NCBI GenBank assembly: GCA_963845755.1
Contig: CAWJTV010000034.1
Span: 736,517 to 800,516 of the forward strand
Direction of reading: 5' to 3'
DNA length: 64,000 bases
DNA from: an uncultured Planctomycetota bacterium
GTDB taxonomy: Bacteria > Planctomycetota > Planctomycetia > Isosphaerales > Isosphaeraceae
A model generated the notes under the pieces. It made no database searches. It had not been told where the DNA came from and saw only the letters and a program-made list of their open reading frames with translations. Within the stretch, counting starts at the first letter, position 1; each line of letters starts with the position of its first letter. The position numbers were made by a program, and so were the translations under genes. Below are positions 57,401 to 64,000 of the stretch, piece after piece.

Positions 57401-58929
57401 CGCGTGCAGCCACTGCTCGAACTGATCCAGCACGATGAGCAACTTCTTCCCCGCCGGCAGGGCCTGGCCGCGACGCAGACTGGCCAGGGTCGCCGGCAGA
57501 CCCTCGGTCGGCGACAGGTCAGGGCAGTGCTTCGCCAGCAACGCTCTCAGCCGGGCCTCCGTCCGGTCGGCCGTAGCCTCGACGTAGACGGCCAGGACAT
57601 GATCGGCCAGCAGGGGAACAAGACCCGCCTTGACCAGCGACGACTTGCCACAGCCGGACGGCCCGTAGATCAGCCCCACGGGAAACGTCTCCCCGGGGTC
57701 GGTCTGCTCGACGCCGGTCTTCCAGAATCGGATGCTCTCGGGCAAGCCTTCCCGATCCCGCGGGCCGGGCAAGAGGCTCAGGAAGAAGTCCGCGTCGGCG
57801 GCGTCGAAGGACCGCAAACCCCGCGGGACGACCGTCGCGGCTACACCCTGCGAGGGGAAGCTGTTCGTGCTCGCCGGTGGATTCCGGTGGCTCGCCGAGA
57901 CCGGTGTTGTGCTGGGCAGGACCTTCATCCACGCCGCCGGCGAGCCCGAGCCCTCGGCGCCGGAGGCGAGGACATGTTCCAGGTCGTCGGCCAGGTCATG
58001 GGCCGTACTGTACCGTTCCGAGGCCCGGCGGGCGAGGGCCTTGAGGCAAATGCGGCTCCAGCTCGCGGGAGATGGCGGCGTCCAGATGACGCGGAGGGCG
58101 GGGTTCGGCCTCCGCGACCAGCCGTAGGGTCTCCTCCAGGGAAGTGGCGCGGAAGGGCCGCTTCCGGGTCAGCAGTTCGTACAGGACCACGCCCAGGCTG
58201 AAGACGTCGGAACGCCCGTCGACCCGGTGCCCCTCCCCGCGAGCTTGTTCGGGACTCATGTAAGACGGCGTCCCCGCATAGCTCGGAGCGGTGTCGAAGC
58301 TCGTCTCGCGCAGGGCCAGACCGAAGTCGGCCACATAAGGCCGGCCGGCGGGATCGAGAAGGATGTTGCCGGGCTTGATGTCGCGGTGGACGACGCCCCG
58401 CTGATGGGCGTGGTGCAAGGCCTCGGCGACGGTCGTGACCAGCCGCGCCGCCTCGGAGAAGGACGGCCATTGCAGCTTGACCTGTTGGGCCAGCGTCCGG
58501 CCTTCGATGAACTTCGAAACGATGAAGCATGGGAAGTCGGGACCGCTCCCGACGTCGTAGACCGGCACGATGTTCGGGTGGTCGAGGTGCCGCCGCGGCG
58601 CGGGCTTCGGCCAGGTAGAATTGGGCGGCCTCGGGGACGGGGACCAGCTTGGGGTGCGGCACCTTGACCGCAACCTGGCGCTCCAACTGCTCGTCGTCGA
58701 CGAGGTAGACCCTGCCGAATCCTCCCTCGCCGAGCAGGGAACGAACGCGGTACCGGCCGATATGCGACGGGCCCCCGTCCCTCCCTTCTACGGCGGAAAC
58801 AGGCTCGCCGGATCCGGCTGTGACGGTCGGTCCGACGAGGCATCCCCGGATCCGAGCGACATCGCCAGCAGGTACACCTTCGCACTCTCCGACCGCCATG
58901 GTCCGGTCAAGTTCCCCTGAGCTATCCAT
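54493..58929 (-). CDS. Ser/Thr kinase - STAND-type P-loop ATPase - HEAT - FGE-sulfatase (SUMF1) multidomain protein (several frameshifts)
   Basis: LGEGGFG, VAVK, HRDIKPGN, DFG; GPSGCGKSS and IVLDQFEQ; RLPT..EWEYACRAG, PNDLGLFDMHGNAWEW, GFRP. Confidence 0.9.
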
Positions 58930-59134
58930 GAGCGCCTCGAGCCGACATCTTCGGGGCAACCTCATCCCGCCTGGATGATAACAGACCGATGGTCAGGCCG
59001 CCAAGGTTCCTGAGCGACGTCGTGCGGGGCAGGTGGCCGTTTCCCAGGTCATGAGAAGGCGCATCAAAGGCGACCCCGATGGCCCGGGAAGCGAGCCAGA
59101 AAAAGTCCGGAAATGTTCCCATGCGAAATCTGCC

Positions 59135-59192
59135 GCTTGACGCCCAGCTTCAGCGGCCCGCGCCGCGGGTCCGCTGCAACCGCAGGTCAGGC
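59135..59192 (-). repeat. attC-like site 1 (R'' GCCTGAC, R' GTCAAGC)
   Basis: 58-bp imperfect palindrome with family core. Confidence 0.8.
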
Positions 59193-59368
59193 ATCTTTCT
59201 CGCCTGTGCCCTTTGAACTGATACGCTCGCGCGGTTGGTAGGCTCGACCCCACTCCCAGGCCAGGAAGCGCCACCCCCACCCGAGACAACGTCCCTCGGA
59301 TGGACTGCCCGGAGTTCGGTATGTGATCGCCAGTCCCCCCAAAACAACCCAAGACTCCGCATTGAGCA

Positions 59369-59426
59369 GTCTAACACAGAGGTTTAGGGTCCCGCGCAGC
59401 AGGTCCGCTACAATGCATCGCTATTC
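59369..59426 (-). repeat. attC-like site 2 (R'' GAATAGC, R' GTTAGAC)
   Basis: 58 bp, diverged; upstream ORF stop lies in R''. Confidence 0.7.
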
Positions 59427-59711
59427 GACGGTGCCATGGTGTGGGAAAATGCTGAACTTCTTACACGTCCTGCACCAGCGTCCTCTCCCGAGAGTCGCCC
59501 AGACGATGAGGTAAGCACCCGCCGGGACGAGGATGATCGCTGGCCCCCAGAAGAACGGGACAAAGCCAGCGACCGGAAGGGAGGCGATCATCCCGAGGCC
59601 AACGAGAAAGAGCCGGAGCCGGCTCTTCTGAAGCATTTCGCCGCCACACGTTCTGCATCCTGGTTCGGGCATGACACTGAAGCTACCTAATCCGCACCCG
59701 GGTTCGGGCAT
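59421..59711 (-). CDS. Cassette: small membrane protein, CxxC-2TM-CxxC, duplicated N-terminus
   Basis: CRTC...two TM...CRTC; MPEPGC twice (true start may be 59672). Confidence 0.75.
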   Translation of the reverse strand: MPEPGCGLGSFSVMPEPGCRTCGGEMLQKSRLRLFLVGLGMIASLPVAGFVPFFWGPAIILVPAGAYLIVWATLGRGRWCRTCKKFSIFPHHGTVE

Positions 59712-59723
59712 GACGCTGAAGCC

Positions 59724-59783
59724 GCCTGACGACCAGGTTCGGCGGCCCGGGCGGAGCGGGTCCGCTGCATCGCTTCGTCAGAC
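59724..59783 (-). repeat. attC-like site 3 (R'' GTCTGAC, R' GTCAGGC)
   Basis: 60-bp imperfect palindrome. Confidence 0.8.
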
Positions 59784-59784
59784 A

Positions 59785-60207
59785 TCATTGTGACTTCGGG
59801 AAGACCGCCGGCACAGTATCATCCCCTCGAATCGGCCGACTGACCTGAGTCCACCCGCCCTCGTCCTCTAACTGATAGTTCAGGATGCATCGATCTTTCT
59901 GGAAGTTAAGCGTGAAATGAGGTCCCTTCACATAGCGATGCGGGGTGTAGGAGTTGTGGTCAGTCCGCCAACCGTCGGGATGCGACCGAAGCCATGCGTC
60001 GAGGATACGGTCCTCCTCTGATCCCGTGGCGATGGCACGTTCGGAAACCGGCCGCCCATCTTCGTAGACCAGGATGTGTGTCGCTGGTCCCAGCTTGGCG
60101 ACCGCCACGGTTTGACGTGGGATCGAGCAACCGACGACCATCGACAGTAGAATCGCCCCGACGGCATCGGCGAGCGCTGGCAGTGGGGGCTTCCTCGTAC
60201 GATCCAT
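59785..60207 (-). CDS. Cassette: putative lipoprotein
   Basis: Lipobox VVGC; stop immediately before site 3. Confidence 0.75.
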   Translation of the reverse strand: MDRTRKPPLPALADAVGAILLSMVVGCSIPRQTVAVAKLGPATHILVYEDGRPVSERAIATGSEEDRILDAWLRSHPDGWRTDHNSYTPHRYVKGPHFTLNFQKDRCILNYQLEDEGGWTQVSRPIRGDDTVPAVFPKSQ

Positions 60208-60232
60208 CTTTTGACCCCCCGAATGCCTTGGC

Positions 60233-60361
60233 GTCTAACACGCTGTTTCAAAACGGGGACTGGCTCCGAGACTTCGAGGTGCCTGTCCTCCTTTTGAAAC
60301 CACCATAAAGGCTCAGGTTCAACCGCCCGCGCAGCGGGTCCGCTGCAAGCTTTCGTCAGGT
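60233..60361 (-). repeat. attC-like site 4 (R'' ACCTGAC) with 67-bp palindromic insertion at R'
   Basis: Core at 60319-60347; insert 60239-60305 flanked by TAA repeats, arms TTTCAAAA/TTTTGAAA. Confidence 0.75.
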
Positions 60362-60371
60362 TGCACGGGTA

Positions 60372-60881
60372 TCACCCGTAGATGACAACCGCGAGGCCGC
60401 GGCTCGAGTCCGCACCGCGGCGGACAACGTCCAGCCAGAAATCTCCATACTTGGCGAACTCTTCATGGGTCTCGAAGCGATGCTGCCGGCCCATCGAGAA
60501 GACTGCTCGACACTCCTCAAGATCGATGCAACGGGCCATCTCGCCGAACCTCCTGGTCGTCTCCGGTCCCCACGCGATGTCGAGGCCGAAAGGCCGCTTC
60601 ATTCCCCCGATCTCAACGATCTGGTATCGTTCGTCCTCTCGATAACTCCAGAATAAGTGGGCGAAGAGGTTGTTGCAGGCAGTCGCCGCGTCACTTGTCC
60701 ACTTCCTTCGCATCGCGACGAGCCCATCCATAAAGTCATACTGCGCGGAGAGAAGACCCGAACAGTCTCTCGGTTCCCAATCCAGCGGTTCGACGGCACG
60801 GTAGGTATCGTTCGTCTCAGAAAGTCTACACGTGAAAGCGGGCCAGTCACCGATAAGGTAGACTTCGCAATCGACTCCCAT
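60372..60881 (-). CDS. Cassette: hypothetical protein
   Basis: GGAGG RBS, ATG 60881, 169 aa between sites 5 and 4. Confidence 0.75.
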   Translation of the reverse strand: MGVDCEVYLIGDWPAFTCRLSETNDTYRAVEPLDWEPRDCSGLLSAQYDFMDGLVAMRRKWTSDAATACNNLFAHLFWSYREDERYQIVEIGGMKRPFGLDIAWGPETTRRFGEMARCIDLEECRAVFSMGRQHRFETHEEFAKYGDFWLDVVRRGADSSRGLAVVIYG

Positions 60882-60894
60882 GGCGCCTCCGACA

Positions 60895-60954
60895 ACCGAT
60901 AGCCTGAATTCAGCGGCCCGCCGAAGGCGGGTCCGCGGCATCGCCTCGTGAGAC
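60895..60954 (-). repeat. attC-like site 5 (R'' GTCTCAC, R' eroded TATCGGT)
   Basis: 60 bp with family core. Confidence 0.7.
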
Positions 60955-61143
60955 GGGCCGTCCCGTCTCGCGCAGGGTAGAGGCACCCGCCAGCAAAAGC
61001 AACAGGCCAGCGAGGACGATGCCGGCGACCGAGTACCACCCGAAGCCGAAGGCATGGGGGCCGGACACCAGGCCATCGGCGACGACCAAGGCGCCGGCCA
61101 GGAGGAATAACGACCCGGCGATGGTTTTGGCTCGCAGTCTCAC
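60910..61143 (-). CDS. Cassette: small 2-TM protein reading through site 5
   Basis: GTG start; two hydrophobic helices; GTCTCAC would be an in-frame TAA if canonical GTCTAAC. Confidence 0.6.
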   Translation of the reverse strand: MRLRAKTIAGSLFLLAGALVVADGLVSGPHAFGFGWYSVAGIVLAGLLLLLAGASTLRETGRPVSRGDAADPPSAGR

Positions 61144-61178
61144 GAGATCACCCAATGGCCATTCGATACGGGAAGCCC

Positions 61179-61277
61179 GTCTATCGATAAGCTCCGCGGC
61201 ACGGCCCGCTGAGCACCGCCTGGATGTTACCAGAACGCGACGCGTCGAGCCGAGTCCGCTGAAGCGCGAGATCATGC
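61179..61277 (-). repeat. attC-like site 6, long form (R'' GCATGAT, R' GATAGAC)
   Basis: 99 bp; TTCAGCGGACTCGGC...GCCGTGCCGCGGAGC. Confidence 0.6.
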
Positions 61278-61629
61278 CTCGGGCCTCGGCATGGTGCGTC
61301 GGGACTCGCGACTGACGCGACAACGGAACGCCCGCGAATCTCAGCCAGCCAGCGACATCGAAACTCGGCCTGCCGGGAGCGAAGCCATCCGTTCCGCAAT
61401 TGTAAGGCCCGGCATCGTCCTCAACGATGATCGTCCCCTGCTCGTCGGGCACCATCACGAGCCTCGCCACGAACTTGGAGAAAGCCTCCTCCGAGAAGAG
61501 TTCGGTGCGAAGATTGGCGATCACAGCAGGCCGAACGCGGACCCGGTCGGGCCACCGCACATGTCGGAGATAGAAGCCGTCGATTGCCGCCCGAAGCCGG
61601 ACCCAGTTCTTGTCATGGCCGTTGGGCAT
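61272..61629 (-). CDS. Cassette: hypothetical protein; 3' end apparently frameshifted into next cassette
   Basis: GGAGAGG RBS, MPNGHDKNWVRL...; TGA in R'' is out of frame. Confidence 0.6.
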
Positions 61630-61645
61630 GCCCTGCCTCTCCGAC

Positions 61646-61828
61646 GGCTAACGTCCCCGATCAGCGGGTCCGCTGGATCGAATCGTTAGAGTCGTCCTTC
61701 GTAGGATCCCTCCGCCCTGCCGCACTCCGGGGATTCCGAATTCCGGATTCCCGGATCATTCCCCTTCGGGAATCGGGAATCTCGAATCGGGAATCCCGAT
61801 TGGGTTGCGGCCGAAGGCCGCGTTAGGC
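61646..61828 (-). repeat. attC-like site 7 (R'' GCCTAAC, R' GTTAGCC), centrally deleted and split by a miniature element
   Basis: Reconstructed empty site is 46 bp. Confidence 0.7.
61690..61823 (+). mobile_element. 134-bp copy of the 7511-type miniature element
   Basis: Same ends; TAG at 61687-89 and 61824-26. Confidence 0.85.
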
Positions 61829-62308
61829 GTTACTGACCACCCAAAGGTAAACCAACCGGGCGAAGCCGAACACAAAGAAGAAGCCCCCGGCTCCGAAAAG
61901 GGACACAGACGCCGCAAGCCATCGCCCAGCCGTGCTGTATATCTGATTCCGCGTATCGGAAGCTGACTTCACCTCGGCTCCGTTGTCGGGGACCCTCGCC
62001 AGCCGAATCGCCTTGATGTGATAATGCAAGCCGTCCGCAGAATGATATCGGTGGGACAGGGCACAAGCAGTCGCCATGATGAACAGTAGCGAGGAAATGC
62101 CCAGACATAATCCGGCCCAAGCATCGCGCATCTGTACAGGAGCATCCTTGCTTGCGGCAAGGTTTACGAGGAAGAACGCCAGACCGGCGATGCCCAGCAA
62201 GGACAATCGAATGATCTCAGCGGAATAGCTCTGATACTGGGTCAACAATTCTACGTCGGCACGATACTGATCTTCCGGGACAGGAGTCGTGCCAAGATCG
62301 GTCTTCAC
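61823..62308 (-). CDS. Cassette: 3-TM membrane protein
   Basis: GGAGG RBS, GTG start; stop TAA inside R'' GCCTAAC. Confidence 0.78.
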   Translation of the reverse strand: MKTDLGTTPVPEDQYRADVELLTQYQSYSAEIIRLSLLGIAGLAFFLVNLAASKDAPVQMRDAWAGLCLGISSLLFIMATACALSHRYHSADGLHYHIKAIRLARVPDNGAEVKSASDTRNQIYSTAGRWLAASVSLFGAGGFFFVFGFARLVYLWVVSNA

Positions 62309-62337
62309 GCGCGAACCTCCCGACTCCGAACGGAGCC

Positions 62338-62442
62338 GCCTGACACAAAGCAAAGCTCAGCGGCCCGGCCCGCCGAGGATGAGCGTCGACTCCGCCAGAG
62401 GCCGCCGCGGCGGGCCGGGTCCGCTGAAGCGGCGGGTTAGTC
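62338..62442 (-). repeat. attC-like site 8, long form (R'' GACTAAC, R' GTCAGGC)
   Basis: 105 bp, long stem CAGCGGACCCGGCCCGCCG/CGGCGGGCCGGGCCGCTG. Confidence 0.82.
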
Positions 62443-62451
62443 TCGCCGTAG

Positions 62452-63081
62452 CTACGGAAGGAGGTCTCGACTGTTGTCGAAAACGCAGCCGTCTCCCCCC
62501 GCCCACCTCACGTCCTGGAAACGATCCGTATCCCAGAATACGATCGGTCGAGTCCCCGTGGGAACGGTCCACTCCGCTTGCTCGTCTTCGGTCATCAAGA
62601 ACTCGTGGGCGAGATAGTCCCGCAAGTCCGTACCATAGACGATGATATCGGTCTGGTGAACCGAGAACACCGGGTTGCCCGCCAGATGAGGTTCGGCGGG
62701 CATCATCCGGTGCATGTACAACGGGATGAGCCGCGGAGCCGCGGCGACCAACTGCTCGGCAACCCGCTTCGCCTCGACCGTCGATCGCGGGCGTGGTCCC
62801 CATTCCTCCAACCAAAATCCGTTGTGTTCGACATCAAAGACGACACCGCTACGAGGCAGATCAAACCAGTCCCGCAGGGCTGCTTCGTCTCCGGAACGCC
62901 AGTCGGGAAACCGCTCGCCCCGTGGCAGGGCGGTCTGGAGGAACGTCCGCAGGTCGGGCGGGAACCGGAACGCGAACCGTGACTCGGCAGCGGCGACTTC
63001 GGCGTCCGATAGCCCGTCATCGAAGACGATGCCGCGCGACCGCAGATGGGCAATCATGTCGTCCCAAACGTCCGCATCCAC
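62452..63081 (-). CDS. Cassette: SMI1/KNR4-like protein
   Basis: GLSDAEVAAAESRFAFRFPPDLRTFL, APRLIPL, NPVFSVHQTDIIVYG. Confidence 0.8.
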   Translation of the reverse strand: MDADVWDDMIAHLRSRGIVFDDGLSDAEVAAAESRFAFRFPPDLRTFLQTALPRGERFPDWRSGDEAALRDWFDLPRSGVVFDVEHNGFWLEEWGPRPRSTVEAKRVAEQLVAAAPRLIPLYMHRMMPAEPHLAGNPVFSVHQTDIIVYGTDLRDYLAHEFLMTEDEQAEWTVPTGTRPIVFWDTDRFQDVRWAGGDGCVFDNSRDLLP

Positions 63082-63097
63082 GACTACGACCTCCGCC

Positions 63098-63155
63098 GCC
63101 TAAAGCCAAGGTTCAGCGGCCCGCGCAGCGGGTCCGCTGGCACCGCCGGTTACGC
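63098..63155 (-). repeat. attC-like site 9 (R'' GCGTAAC, R' TTTAGGC)
   Basis: 58-bp imperfect palindrome. Confidence 0.8.
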
Positions 63156-63409
63156 GGCGGTTCGGACATCTTTTCGGCCTCCAACTCTTGGAGGGCTTCC
63201 GGGGCGAAGTCCGCCCCATTGGGCCAAACGACCGTACCGCAAATCGAGCCCAATGTCACGCACGCGAAATACGCTGGGTCTCGGAGTGGCTCGAAGATCG
63301 GGCCATCGAGCCGTGGACGCACATCGACCTGCCTGGTCGTTCCATCATTGAAAGTCAACCGCAACGAATGTGGCCCACAGACCCGCGCCTCACGGATGCG
63401 AAGGATCAT
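63113..63409 (-). CDS. Cassette: DUF2442-family protein (putative antitoxin)
   Basis: LRLTFNDG, GPIFEPLRDP, GTVVWPNGADFAPEAL. Confidence 0.85.
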   Translation of the reverse strand: MILRIREARVCGPHSLRLTFNDGTTRQVDVRPRLDGPIFEPLRDPAYFACVTLGSICGTVVWPNGADFAPEALQELEAEKMSEPPRNRRCQRTRCAGR

Positions 63410-63424
63410 ATCCCACTCCTCGAC

Positions 63425-63650
63425 TCACTCCAGCCCCTCGATCGTTGGCAGAGGCTGGCTGGCACGCGCCAGTTCCCAGGAATGCTCCAATTCGTCGCGA
63501 TGGGCTGCGGCCCACTCTGAGACGAGTGTCCGTGCACGCCGCGGCATATGGCCCTCGAGTACCTCGGCCGTCTCGATCGACACCGTGGCCTCGTACTCGC
63601 CGTCCGTCGATGGCGTGGAGGTGTCGATTGCGTAGAGGGTGACCAAGCCT
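63425..63650 (-). pseudogene. Cassette: 5'-truncated DUF4160-family gene (putative toxin)
   Basis: EVLEGHMPRRARTLVSEWAAAHRDEL...W...LPTIEGLE present; N-terminal HxPPH region absent. Confidence 0.7.
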
Positions 63651-63656
63651 TGATCT

Positions 63657-63717
63657 GCCTGAAGCGAGGGTTCAGCGGCCCGCCGAGAGGCGGGTCCGCT
63701 GCAACCAATTGATGGGC
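63657..63717 (-). repeat. attC-like site 10 (R'' GCCCATC, R' TTCAGGC)
   Basis: 61-bp imperfect palindrome. Confidence 0.78.
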
Positions 63718-63723
63718 TCCAGC

Positions 63724-63987
63724 CTATGCCGACCAGACCTCGGTGCCAGGTGGCACATCGGATTTGGGTAAGGCCACCACGATCGCGTAAGCACCGTGCT
63801 CGCTGACGTTGAAGAAGTCGATGCCATCGATCGCCGTCCGAACTTCCGACCCATCGGGGCGGCGCAGGCACAAGCCGTCGCCGATATGGAACCGCTCATC
63901 GCCCTCAGGCACGATTCCCGGCACGAGGATGGTGCCACGCTGACGGATCGTGAAGACATCCTCGACAGTAAAGAGTTAACGGACCAT
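63724..63987 (-). pseudogene. Cassette: small EF-Tu domain II-like beta-barrel protein with stop at codon 4
   Basis: GGAGG RBS, ATG GTC CGT TAA then LFTVEDVFTIRQRGTILVPG... Confidence 0.65.
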
Positions 63988-64000
63988 CGAGAGAGCCTCC

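Larger units (their letters stand above)
59135..64000 (-). mobile_element. Integron-like gene cassette array (10 attC-like sites; no intI in window; runs off the right edge)
   Basis: Short co-oriented minus-strand ORFs, each followed by an imperfect palindrome with core CAGCGGACCCG...CGGGCCGCTGA and R''/R'-like ends. Confidence 0.88.

Noticed and set aside
1009..58929. Programmed frameshifting or mass pseudogenisation
   Set aside because: No shared slippery motif, housekeeping genes are affected, and in-frame stops are absent; sequencing indels are more parsimonious.
59135..63717. Repeats as CRISPR repeats or simple terminators
   Set aside because: Intervals are gene-sized, the repeats vary, U-tracts are absent, and R-box/extrahelical structure fits attC.

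Overview
GC-rich bacterial DNA, almost certainly Planctomycetota (Isosphaeraceae-like). This rests on a DUF1552/DUF1592 pair, DUF4058, Uma2, an LEPR-XLL-type secreted protease and a Ser/Thr kinase-FGE fusion. About 1-50 kb is mostly housekeeping or lineage-typical: moxR, FHA protein, lipoate ligase, cysE, kdsB, ABC transporter, gcvT-H-PA-PB, MutS-like ATPase, corA, recJ. Roughly 20 genes carry single-base frameshifts that look like long-read assembly errors. Highlights: (1) 59.1-64 kb is an integron-type cassette array with 10 attC-like sites and no integrase in the window; the inner stems are well conserved but the AAC/GTT crossover cores are altered or MITE-interrupted at every site. (2) A 975-bp transposase-less TG...CA element with an 8-bp target duplication carries a zinc-ribbon gene and a dif-like site (31-1005). 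(3) A TIR-less miniature element flanked by TAG occurs in 4 copies; a tandem pair displaces and replaces the cysE ribosome-binding site, one splits an attC core, and one has expanded into a 15x14-bp array. (4) A nested MITE>REP>IS structure lies at 37.8-39.3 kb. (5) A small-protein/glycosyltransferase/methyltransferase operon lies at 51-54 kb. (6) A 102-codon in-frame module interrupts a HEAT repeat. No tRNA, rRNA or CRISPR array was recognised. All calls are by eye; no searches were run.
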